A stretch of 63,979 nucleotides of DNA, the filler included, from Choristocarpus tenellus KU-1152 (Eukaryota; Protista; Phaeophyceae): NCBI GenBank assembly GCA_964200185.2. It is 15 parts of 15 records of this genome, joined end to end, with 100 filler letters (N's around TTAATTAATTAA, not from the genome) between each part and the next. Parts side by side here need not be neighbours in the genome. Positions count along the whole stretch, not along the records: positions 1 to 7,385 come from CAXNAD020006235.1; positions 7,486 to 11,104 come from CAXNAD020018918.1; positions 11,205 to 21,977 come from CAXNAD020002718.1; 12 more parts are not named here. One strand, given 5' to 3'. Position 1 is the first letter of the stretch; the number at the start of each line of letters is the position of its first letter. A program made the translations under genes and the position numbers. A model generated the notes under the pieces. It was not told the DNA's origin and made no database searches. It saw only the letters and a program-made list of their open reading frames with translations. Shown here one piece after another: positions 1 to 14,999 of the stretch.

Positions 1-56
1 ATGAAAAAATTGACCCCAAATGGACAGCCACCACCCCCTCCCAGATACTTTGAGCC
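1..56 (+). mobile_element. MITE family A partial ends (also 7369-7385, 21957-21977, 24615-24681, 26002-26050, 28495-28515, 41337-41372, 44469-44525, 57386-57462, 57563-57616)
   Basis: Each carries the CRAAGTATCT / AGATACTTYG terminal motif, mostly next to a G/C run; most abut a contig break. Confidence 0.88.
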
Positions 57-59
57 GGA

Positions 60-3000
60 CCTGTCAGGCCTACACCACAATCGGGGTTGACTGGGCAGGA
101 TTGTGCAAGGAAGAGGTCAAAGGGAACAGAGAGCAGAAGTATGACGAGGAAACAGACAAGACGCAATAGGAAAGGAATTTAAGGAAGATATGTATTGGTG
201 GAGGTGGGTGGTAGAGTGGGGGCTAGCAGAGGAAGGGGAAAATATGAGATCACCCTTCATGAAAGTGGTTAGCCGGCACCCAGTGTCGCCTTGGTATTTG
301 GATGCTTGTTGTACAGGTGTAAAGGGACACAATTTGGAGGTAGGAAAGTGATGTGAGGTATGATTTCCCTGCAAGTGCTAATGAGATACATTGTACTGAG
401 TGCAGTTGGGGGAGAGAGAGATGCATCTCCATCAACGTACTGGACCTGTTGGGATTAGTAGTGAACGTCTGGTTACTAGTAGTGAAGGGTAGAGGCGAGG
501 GACAGAAGAAAGGAACCTCAATTCTACTATGGGTGAACAAGGCAGGACCCCATCAGTTTGCAAAGTGTGGTTGGTTGAGAGATTGAAGGGTAGAGGGGTT
601 GATGAGGGTAATGGGAGTGCCACAGATAACAGGGGGATGGTCGTTTGTAGCCAGACATGTAGTGGGGATGGAGAATGGGCTGGCAGGTGGGATAGAAATA
701 AGATCCAACCTAACCTTCAACATTCTTGTCCACATATCCATCGACAGGAACAGTCCCTAGGCCCGGAAGGGGAGATAATATGATTGAGTGTCTTGCAGTC
801 AAGTACGACAGAGGATTTAATGCGCCTTCTAATCAGAAGTATCATGAGGTAACTTGGGAACTGTGGTCTGAGTTCCGTACATATAGGAGATCGAGTAGGT
901 GGTTGGATCCCAGGGGTCATGAGTTGGATGCGGTGAAGGCATCAGCAGAATCCATTTGCTTTCGTGGTTGGGGTTGGGGAACCAAGTTAGGGACTACAGA
1001 GAATAAAATTTCAGCATACAATACTACCACAAACATTTCCTCAATTTCCATCTGCCGACACAATATTCCTTCTTTTCTTCGGCAATGAAGGGTGTAGGCA
1101 GAAGCTACACAGATGTGGGTTGTCAACCTAAGATGAGGAGACCATTGACATGGAGGATGATCATTGACAAGACGATGTTTGATGATTTTAGGAAGGGAGG
1201 GGGTACTGACGAGGTTAGGATTTTGTTTCTCACTTTTTTTGGTGAGGGCCTCAGACTTGTTGGCATACGACGAAGGGGGGGGAGTGTATAGAGATTTGAC
1301 AGCAAGGAGGTGGGATATTGTGTATTATGTTCAGGAAAGGAGCAGATAGGTTTGGGGGGATAGACACCAGGCGGACAAGGTAGAGGCCACATTCAGAGGG
1401 TCAGAAAGGGACCAGGGGAGGAAGGACGTGGTACTCACAAGTTACAAGGTAACAGAGGGAAAGGGTGAAGAGGGGATGGGAGGTTTTGAGATTGTGATGG
1501 CAACCATTCAATGCTTCCCAGGCCCATAGTATCCTAGAGGGGGGGGAGGGGGGGGGGGTTAGTCCTGGTTGTTCATTCAGGGTTTGATGGGGTATTGTAA
1601 GATACCCCAGTCTGATGCCCGTGTTGCGAGTGATTTTCCTTCGGATTTGGTTCAGGCAGGGAGATGGAAAAGGAAGGTGTGTTCAGATGAAGGAAATTGC
1701 TCTTACATCTGACACATTCACTCTACTGACATGAAAATCACTATAAGGTGTCACAGATCCCGACATACAGTGCAGTGCCCTGTGTAATGATTATTCATGA
1801 CATGAAGAGATTACAGGTTGATGTTTAATACTTTTTGATTACGCCCATTGACTCTGGGAATTAGATGATGTTGTCCGATCTGAAACTATCCGTTCTCGTT
1901 TCTGCGTATGTATGATGGTGATACGATATATATCCATGATGAACTTGAAGGGGTTCTGCAGTCGTGTGTGGGGTACAAGTTGATCGCGAAAAACGATAAA
2001 TGACACAGCGTGGAAGTCCAATACGAGGCACCAATCATTTGTTCAAGTGATGTGGCGGTAGGAAATAGCAACCAGGTTGTTTCTACAACTCATCGCGTCC
2101 ACAAATACTCTCCACTATTTCTTAGGAAACACGCCAAAAATGTTTATGTAAACCCAGGTAAAACATCCATCAAACAAGAAGGTATCTAGAAACTGGGAGG
2201 TGTAAGGGCCACGAGGGAGGGTGTCGGGTTGGCGTACTCCTAGCCCTTTGGTCATGCATCGCCGTAATGGAGTAAGAGGAAATAATACCAGCTGGCGGGA
2301 GGTGTACGAGGGTGTAGGATCTACTGTGACTGTTGATAAAAGAGACTCCGTTGAGGCTTCCTCGTTTGGGAAGCAGGGTATGCCTGACAGATGTGATAAG
2401 TACGACCTACGACCCGGGATCCCTGTCGGTGGTCCCAGTGCTCGAGTTTTCAGCAAAGCACACCGACAGAGACTCCTGGCTTTCTCTCTAGCCTTGCTTT
2501 TCCTGTCCTGCCTCTCTTGGGAGGTTATGACCACATCATGGCAATCTGGATTGATATCATTTGGAAGACTCAGGAAGGATGGCATGGCTCTCGCGGTGCG
2601 TGAACTGCCGTGGGACTTATGCAAGATACAAGTGCATGGTTGTGTGTGGTTCAACAAGAATGGATGGTCTCGCATGCAGCCATTTTGTGCTTGGGGTCTT
2701 TCTACTTGAGGAATGCGAGGTTTCCGTCAAGAAATTGGCGATCCCTTGCTCATAATACTAACCTCTCTGATGAACTCCGTCTGGGATCCTATGGTACTGT
2801 CAATACCGTTATTTTGTGCTAGGTGGCAGCGGCTTGCCACTCCGTTGCTGTGTTCTCCCGCTACCAGGTGTGCAGTTCGACCTCACCTGTTACATGTCGA
2901 CCTGCCATGTGGAGGATGCTCACTGTCCTCTTCGTGCATGCTGTTGTTGGACCAGTGCTTGGTTGGTGCTTCTGGAGCATTCTGGAAGCAAGGGTAGTGG

Positions 3001-3900
3001 GTGTGAAGACATTCCAGGGTGAGGACGTGTTTGGTTTCGAATGGCGTGGGCAACAATTTGCGGCACGCGAAGTACGCTTTCTCGTGCTCCGATTGTCTGG
3101 TAAATGGGTTTAACCCAACTAAAATACTGTCTTTGTCCCTTTCCTCCTCACCAGTTCTCCTGACTTCAAGTAATCTATCGGATTCAATGTCTAACTATTG
3201 TCCACACTCCTTTGAAATGTACCCCACCCTACTCTACACGGCAAGGCGAAGCTTCGTCTCCAGGCAAATTTGGAGGACAAGAAATGCTGATATCTCTTGT
3301 GGTAGGAGGGTTCATTTGCAGTGTTTGGTCGGGCTTGGGGTACCTGGCTACTAGGGGATATGAACTCCACTTTGACCTTGGGGGAGGTGGGCTGCTCAAG
3401 GCTATGCAGGAGCAAGTGGCTGTTAGCTTGTGGGTTGGGGTGAGGCTGGGAGGTGCTCTGTCCATGATTTACTTGTGAGTAATCCACCCTCTTCCTAGAG
3501 TTTTTTTGAAGATCGTTTTTGGTTGTTGGTGGAAGGAAAGGAGAGTAGGGGGACTTTTGTCTGCCTCCTGCCATGGCAACAATGTCTGCTAACTTGGCCA
3601 CGTCGATATTTTGCTCCACAACTTGGTGATACAGCACCTCATGGTTTACAGTCGAGTGGGAGTGAAAACATCTAAAAAGGAGGTCTATTATAGCCTTTTG
3701 AGCTTTCAAGGCCTTTTCGAACCTTGTGCAATGTACACCATGACCATTCCCGAAGTACAGTCTACTTCCCATAGGAAGTTGTGACCACAGAAGTGCAGTA
3801 GTCCTCGACTCCCTTGGTCTCCTGATTAAACTAAGCCGCACAGTTCATTCCTCCAGACTACCTGGCAGTACAGTGCTTTGCTTCCGGAGTCAATGCTTAT
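60..3900 (-). mobile_element. Heavily degenerate retroelement remnant(s), gag-like plus RT-like, possibly DIRS-like
   Basis: Broken minus-strand motifs: gag-like ILVGLNPF then zinc-knuckle relic CNR*GRTAH (~2870-3130); FGVFPKK*WRVFVD (~2090-2140); PKIIKHRLVND (~1160-1195); DSADAF (~935-950); YVD-like motifs at ~730 and ~435. Many stops and frameshifts. Confidence 0.45.
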
Positions 3901-4614
3901 CACAGCTCCCCTCTTCCTCGCTGCAGAGCTATTTGTTCCTCTACGCGGATGCACAAGCCCACACAAGTGTACGTTCTGTCTCTCCCTCCTGGCCCCTGCT
4001 CCCCTACTTGTTGCGTGCTGCAGGCTGTTGAGGTGTACTTGGGGGGTGTCAGTGATTGCTGTGGCTGGAAAGGAACTTGCTGAGGCTGTGGTTGGGGATC
4101 GTGCGGGAGCGGCTCCCTCTAATAATATCTATGTGCGTGTGGTGGTGATTCCTGTTCAGTTCAGTTGTTGTTGTTTCTGACTGTGCCGTGTGATGTGGAC
4201 TGTTCAATGTTGGTGCTACTGTAGTGGTGTGATTATTTATGCTTGTTTTTGTGCTGTGTGTTGTGGTAATGTGCAGCAGGGGGCTGGCTATAATATAAGT
4301 AGGTCTCCAAAATGTGGCGGGCTGAAGGTTTTACCCGAGGAATTGGGATTTGGTGCCAACTAGATGTGGCAGGGTGGGTTGGTATGATGTTTCGAGGTTG
4401 TAAGCACTGACGATGCAGGGTACACTTGTTGTCAGTTTCTGTCACTGTCAAACAGTGCTGCTGCAAAACTACCACCGTAAGTATATTCCTGGTTATGTGG
4501 TAGGTGCTTTGAGACCCTTGTATTGTGCTGTATATACTGGGTATATGGAGTAGCGTTGGACCTGCCTTGCTCTATCCCTCCAGCTCTCTGAACTTGGTCA
4601 TCGTCCTGCTGATG

Positions 4615-4662
<48 letters not shown>
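4615..4662. repeat. (TTA)n microsatellite (another at ~5988-6024)
   Basis: Directly visible. Confidence 0.95.
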
Positions 4663-5985
4663 TAGTTATAATTTTTGGTTACAACCGCAAGGGAGTGGAA
4701 GAACGATCCTGGTGGTCTTCACCAGTTCTCTCCTTCAGTGTTGTGTGTCAGGACAAGAATAGGTGTTGAAATGGATCCTAAGGAAAGCCCTGCGCAGTAG
4801 TGTTAGGAAACCCTAAGTTTTAATGGTGGTTGGACTTTGTCAACTTTTGAGATACCACAGTGCATTCATTCACAGTGCATTCCTGTGCAGACAAATCGTG
4901 AGATTTTGTTCTGCAAGTGGTACAGTGGTATCTCGATATTTGACAAGAACCAAGGGCTGGGGTGCTACTTGGCTTAATCTGCAGGTCATCTCCATCAGTT
5001 GATCTTGCTCTTCGCGGTACTTGTTGAGACCGGTGCCTATACTCTCCCCTCACGATCTATTGTTGCTCCTCCCTACTGTAGGGAGCCGGGAAGGACGGTC
5101 TCTGATGCTATTCTATTTATTGCTCTCATCATTACTGCACCATAGTTGAAAAAAATAATATATATATATATATATGTAAATATTTCAGTTTTCTGATTTT
5201 TGCGAAATGCTATAATAGTATGTTATTATTATTATTTCATCACTATTTGCATTGTGACTTTTTTTCACATTACATTTCAGGTCCTTAGATATCGGACTAT
5301 ATCCCTACCCGCAATTCGAGGACACCCTGCGATGCACTGCACCTCCTACTGTTACTTAGTGCCCTATTCCAACAAAACCACTGTCTGCTCCAGGATGGCA
5401 GGGGTTTTGTTCGGCCATGCCTTGCCCCTGGCGCATTCTGTTAGGCCATACCGCCGTCCGTAGGTCCATTGTCCTCTCCCTTGTTGTTGAGTATTTTGTT
5501 GGATCAGTCTGGGGCGTAGCTCGATACCGGAGGCTTGAACGATATCTATATATATATATATATATTCTTTATTTATCCGCAGTTCTGTGGTGTAGTGTTA
5601 GGGTTAGGACACTGTAGTTGTACAGCCCGCAGTGCTTTTGTACCATGAGTGGATAATTTTAGCTCTCCTGGTGGTGCAGCGAGCGGCAGTGCAATGTTTG
5701 ACAAGCCTGTTTGACAAGCCTGTTTAACAAGCTGGTCAGAGCCTGAGGGTTATAGGGCTACAAAGATTCAAGATGGCTGGTCGGGATCGTGTGCGACTAG
5801 TGGGCTGATGGCCTGAGAGTTTATTTTTATTTTTCCGGGCCCCCCGGGGTAGTGTGCCCTGGGTCGCCCCCTGCCGGTGTGTTTTTAAGATTTGAAGTGA
5901 CATCTTCTTTGGTGCCGGTTTGCCTCCGGAGGAGTATGTCGTTTGAGTGTTGTGTTACTCGTGGTGGTGGTGCGGCGTCTCAGCA

Positions 5986-6025
<40 letters not shown>

Positions 6026-6209
6026 TTTTAATAGCTCGTGTTGTAATTGTCTGGACATCTTTTTGTTTTTCTTCTTTTCCCTCTGTTATCCCGTGGGTTT
6101 TCTTGGTTGTGAAGAAGGCGTTGCACCCAAGGGGATTGAGAAGAGGACCGGTGCTCCCTGTGATTTGAGGACTCTCCTTGGCTCCTTTGTTCGGCCCTCC
6201 TTTACTTGA

Positions 6210-6352
6210 TGTGGTAGTTTTGTTTTTGGGTAATCTCTAATACATGTGGTAGTTTTGTTGTTGGGTAATCTCTAATACATGTGGTAGTTTTGTTGTTGGG
6301 TAATCTCTAATACATGTGGTAGTTTTGTTGTTGGGTAATCTATAATACATGT
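6210..6352. repeat. 35-bp minisatellite, ~4 units (tggtagttttgttgttgggtaatctctaatacatg)
   Basis: Directly visible tandem units. Confidence 0.93.
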
Positions 6353-6786
6353 GCGTTTTTGTCATCCTGCTGGGTATGTTGTTCGTAGGCGTTACCCCCA
6401 TTTTATTATTTTTTTGTGCGGAAGGTGGTTTGGACTGGAGCCCTAACCCTTGCAATGGGGGGAGTGGCGTCGAATGAAGCTCGTTAATTGTTCCGTGCGA
6501 TTAGTATTCCTTAATTGTTCCGTGTGATTTGAACGTGGTGGATTACACTGGTTTGTCAACGACGGCTTTCACTGGTCACAGAGTGTTCTCGTTTGAAGTC
6601 GTCCAACAACAGACTACAATCAGATTCAAAGCTTATTCCATCGGTCTTTTTTTTCTTTGTATTATTTTTTGTTGTTTTGGTAATTTTGTTAGTACACTTT
6701 TTTTTTTTTCCGAATGATACCTTTACTTAGTGCCCACAAATCATCTCTATTCTCCCCCTCGACGAACGTACTGTGAGGCATCATCA

Positions 6787-7070
6787 GGCATGGCACTAAA
6801 TAGTTGATCTATGATCTTTCTTCAATAATCAGGCATTAAATAGTTGATCTATGGTCTCCCTTCAATAATCAGGCATTAAATAGTTGATCTATGATCTTTC
6901 TTCAATAATCAGGCATTAAATAGTTGATCTATGGTCTCCCTTCAATAATCAGGCATTAAATAGTTGATCTATGGTCTCTCTTCAATAATCAGGCATTAAA
7001 TAGTTGATCTATGGTCTCCCTTCAATAATCAGGCATTAAGTAGTTGATCTATGGTCTCCCTTCAATGATC
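6787..7070. repeat. 40-bp minisatellite, ~7 units (aggcattaaatagttgatctatggtctcccttcaataatc)
   Basis: Head-to-tail units with no unique spacers. Confidence 0.95.
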
Positions 7071-7187
7071 GTGTGTAGAGTGCACCAACCCGGGAAGGAT
7101 CACGAAGCCGTGATCTGGAGTGCATGTTCATCTCCTCCCTTCCCCTTCTTGCTTTGCTTATGTGATGACGACACCTGTGTTTGACAG

Positions 7188-7310
7188 GCTGGGGGTGATG
7201 GAAGTGAGGCTGGTCTCTTCCCGATGTCGTACCTCATTTTCCTGCTGTCTGCATTGAACTTCTCGCTGTTCGACTACGCCGCATCTATGATTGGCCTCTT
7301 CATCACTGCT
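7188..7310 (+). CDS. Isolated internal exon of a membrane protein (AGGDGSEAGLFPMSYLIFLLSALNFSLFDYAASMIGLFITA)
   Basis: ttgacag acceptor, gtaaga donor, 123 nt open in phase 0, hydrophobic translation. Confidence 0.6.
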
Positions 7311-7625
7311 GTAAGAGTTTGAATTAGTATGCTTGTATGCTTGTATGCTTGTAGGCGAGAATGTAACGGGGTCAAAGTATCTGGGNNNNNNNNNNNNNNN
7401 NNNNNNNNNNNNNNNNNNNNNNNNNNNNNTTAATTAATTAANNNNNNNNNNNNNNNNNNNNNNNNNNNNNNNNNNNNNNNNNNNNAATAGTACATACCCC
7501 ACTCTGTTATAAACATACATTTCTGACCTCATTCTTCCCCCCCCCCCCCCCCCCCCTTTCCGCCACTATCTATTCCCACCCAACTCTACTCCACTGCTAC
7601 CACTCTGTTGAAATGTGTTGATCAG

Positions 7626-11089
<3,464 letters not shown>

Positions 11090-12544
11090 TGAGGTGAGAC
11101 CTTTNNNNNNNNNNNNNNNNNNNNNNNNNNNNNNNNNNNNNNNNNNNNTTAATTAATTAANNNNNNNNNNNNNNNNNNNNNNNNNNNNNNNNNNNNNNNN
11201 NNNNCGCGTGTAACAACCGTTTGCACTTCGTTGAAATACAAGAAGAAATACTCGCTCTATTCGCCTGTAACAGGAGATCAGCCAATCACTTCATTTTTGT
11301 AGATTTGAAGTCGTGACCTTCAACATTGTGCCGGAGATTTTCCCCCGCGTTTTTTTTCCATTATTTTATTGGGACATAGTTCCCGTTCACCTAAGTTTTT
11401 ACATTCATGCATACAAACCTTCAAAAGCTCTTCTCATACCCTTTCATTTGATATTGTTTTATATCTGTTGCGGCGATACGGTGAAAAAAAGCAAAACTGC
11501 CGCAGAGGGCGAAGCTACTGCTACCACCTTATTATGCTTTTATTTTTTTAATTTGATGCTTCCATCAAAAGTTACGACGGGACAACATCGGAGGGCGGAG
11601 TTACTGGTATAGGTCCCTTAACTTAAAGAAGAGGGATATGGATACGGTTATTTTAGAAATATGTAACTTTCTCACACCATACTAGACTTTAATTTATATA
11701 TAATTTATATATTATTATAAAAGTGATGGTTCCAAGAATGAAACATCGCTAAAATCCAGTTACCACCCCCCTCGTATGATGCCTCCAACCGAACTTAGCC
11801 CTACCACAACAGGGCGAGGAGTTAGGGAAGTATCCCAAGAATCTGACAGGCCCCTACTTGCCCATCTCCCTGGTGTCTCCAACTTAAAACGCATGACATG
11901 TCTTGATAGAGCCCCATGTATGTATGTGTTTTGACAGACACTATCTGCCGTAAAAAGAACTTCTCAGCTCCTTTTCTCCCGTAGTCTCCCGTCCCTCTTT
12001 CCCCTACCGTGTGCGTAGCCAACTCATCCAGAAAACTTTCTGGTTGCTTACTGAGGCTCCCAAGACTTTCCACCCGAAAGGTGTTGAGGTTAAAACTACG
12101 AGGGTCAAAAAAATCCTCGTTGTGGGTGCGCTTTCTCACCTCAGCAACAACAGTTAACACCATTGCTGGTGGATGAGTGGGGTATAGATGGGAGATGGGA
12201 GGCTGCTCGCACTTCTGGAAACGTAACATCTAGGAGGAGACCTTTGTCCTGGTAGAGACTTGATCTGGGGTTTGGAAACCCCAGCATTGTACACATTTAT
12301 CATCTAATTTGGTGAGGTACTTCGATTTTAGAGATCCATTTTTTGGGGGGGGATTTTCGGTTTGTAAATATGATGTGGATTGGGCATTGTTCCTTCCTAC
12401 CACTATAATATAGTATTAATAAGTAAGTGGTATAGATGTGTTCAAACCCTAACCCTTTGGACAGAAAAGTTGGTATGGTACCGCAAAAAGTTGGAGTGTC
12501 TCTCATTGAATAGACCCTTGCAAAGGTGTGACGAGGTTTGCCTC

Positions 12545-14999
12545 ATGGCAACGCGCCTCGAGTATGATGAGCTCTTCAAGATCGTTCTGGTGGGGGACGC
12601 AGCAGTGGGAAAGACTAACCTACTTGCCTACTATACATCACAGGTAGCCTTGCTTTCTTGTCCTTGTCTTCTTTTTGACAAGGTGATGACGTGAAGTGAA
12701 TCTCTAGTATTCTGCTGCTGAACTCGAATTTGCGTACCCCTATTTCTTTTCAACGCAAAACTTGCGTCGGTGCAGGATAAACGGCAAAAAACGGATGGCA
12801 CGGTGCCCAGCTTCAGCTCAAACCGCAAAGCCACAGTGGGTGTGGAATTTGCCACCATGATTGTCACCCATCCAGATGGCAAACGTATCAAGGCGCAAAT
12901 TTGGGATACAGGTTTGCACCAATGAATGCAATGCACACGACTACACTTCGAAATCACCTGGTTGCCTCGTTTCTGGGGTATGACAACCCGTCTCTCATTT
13001 ACTCCCTACTCTCCTCTGTTTTCGTTGCAATGTGTGTGCGACTCCCTTTGTCCAATCCATCTCCAGCTGGTCAGGAAAGGTACAGGGCCATCACAAGCTC
13101 GTAAGTATGACTTTGTCGTGTTCGTCGCAGGTAGTAAGCCGTGCGGGGTGCTCGACGTTTCAAGTGGTTTACTCTTTGTCCTACCCTTCAGTTGAAATCC
13201 CACTCGTTTCCGTTGATCTTCTCTACTTCGGCAGACACTACAAGAGGGCATCTGGGGCTCTGCTTGTTTTTGATGCAACAAATCGAAAGAGTTTTGAGAA
13301 TGCTACAAAGGTGTGGCTCCCAGAACTGCAGAGCTCGGCGGAGTCGCAGAGCACCTTGCTGGACTGCCTAGTGCTCGTTGGGAATAAGATTGGTGAGTGG
13401 ATGGATGTGTTTTTTGAGGGTGGGGGGTTCGATCTGCTTTTTTTGCAGGTTACACAGGGTGTCAGGCTCGGGTTCTTAAGCTTATATTTGCCTTCAGTTC
13501 ATGAGTAATTGATCTAGTTCATTTTGCAGCATCACTTGACATGATTGTACACCACAGCAATTTTGTATATTTTTGTGTTATTATGTGTTTAGGATTGAGG
13601 GTTGATACTTACTATTTATCTGGGAGTTTATTCAAAACGCCTATGTATCTAGGAGTCATGTATGAAATCGTTGGGTTTTATTGCACAACAATATATGTGT
13701 GTGCCAACATAGGTTGCCCCAAATTGAATTGATCGGATGCTTTTGGTCCAAGTTGGATATTGAATGCTTGGTTAAGGATGAGAAAATAATTTGCATTGAA
13801 ACAAAAGATTATTCGAGTCACCATTCGTCAACCCTGAGCAGTTTCCACTTTATGTCAATTTGGAGCCTTTTGATTGGCCTGATGGTGAAGAGAGACGCGA
13901 TATTCAGCACAAAAGTATTTTTTTTTGTGAGTACCAATAGACTGTTTATGTGGTTAATGCCAGGGTCAATATTGGCTTTGCATGTTGTAGGCGAATTGTG
14001 TTGTGACCGGGAACTTGTGGATATATTATGGTGGGGTCAGGTCCACAGTGTTGAGGTATTGGCTATATTTTCTTTTTTTTGCTGCTGTTGTGTATGTATC
14101 CCACTGACAAGACTTGAATGGTGTCCTCTAAAGTATCAACGTAGTTTTTTCCACTCTTCTGTTGTTACTGTTTAGTCTAGTAAATTGTGAAGATGGACTT
14201 AAAATTTGGGGGATGATTCAAGAGTATGTCAGACCCACCTGAGACATGAACCAGACTCTCTCACGCTCGAGGGCATGCCACACACTGAAATAGGTGCTTG
14301 TTCCATCACGGCCACAATATATTGCACTTGTACTTTCACAGCCCATTTCTCCAGTGAATATCTGATGCATTACGTATATACTACACAATTTACATTACTT
14401 CCATTTTCACCTAACCATCCAGACTAAATTTGTTTAATGGGGGGCTTATATTATATACTGGCATTCCCATAGTGGTCTTATTTGAAATGGTTGTGGTTGA
14501 TACAAGGACAGGAGGTGAGAATGTCTGTTAATTGGTGAAAGGTGGCCTGTTCTTCTTGGTGAGAGTGTACCAACTACACTTTCTCCTACAAAGGTGAAGG
14601 GTATGGACCATTGCCACTCTCTTGAAGATATGGATCACTCAAATGACTTTTACTCTTTTTTCTCATTTGGGCACTACCCCGCATGTCCATCCCTGCAATT
14701 AAGCAATTCCTCTGCTTCTGTACACCTGTTTCTATTGATGTGCTTGTGCTACAGACCTACCCAATGTTGCAGTGTCAGAGACAGAACAGCAGGTGGCTGC
14801 AAGGAGATCAGGTATTTCTAGTGTAATGCGAACATCGGCTAAGACTGGCAAAGGGGTTGACAACGCCTTTGAGCGGCTCATACTCCGTGCATATGAGCTT
14901 GAAAAGGCTAGGTCAAATGGGGGGGGAAGTCGTGCAGAAGGGACGGGGATAATAATAAGTCCAACATCAGGGTCGGATCTAAAGAGTGAGTGCTGCTAA
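12545..14999 (+). CDS. Complete Rab11-family small GTPase (Rab11B-like), 223 aa; exons 12545-12643, 12776-12911, 13067-13100, 13235-13392, 14755-14999
   Basis: G1 GDAAVGKT, switch I TVGVEFAT, G3 WDTAGQERYRAITS, G4 NKID, G5 TSAK, C-terminal CC prenylation motif. All four introns are GT-AG and phase-compatible (672 nt). Confidence 0.95.

Noticed and set aside
6787-7070. CRISPR-like appearance of the 40-bp array (also 6210-6352 and 47039-47200)
   Set aside because: Units are head-to-tail with no unique spacers, there are no cas-like ORFs, and the context is eukaryotic.
13681-14427. 164-aa and 73-aa ORFs inside the Rab locus
   Set aside because: They lie in Rab intron 4, have no recognisable motifs, and the Rab is complete without them.
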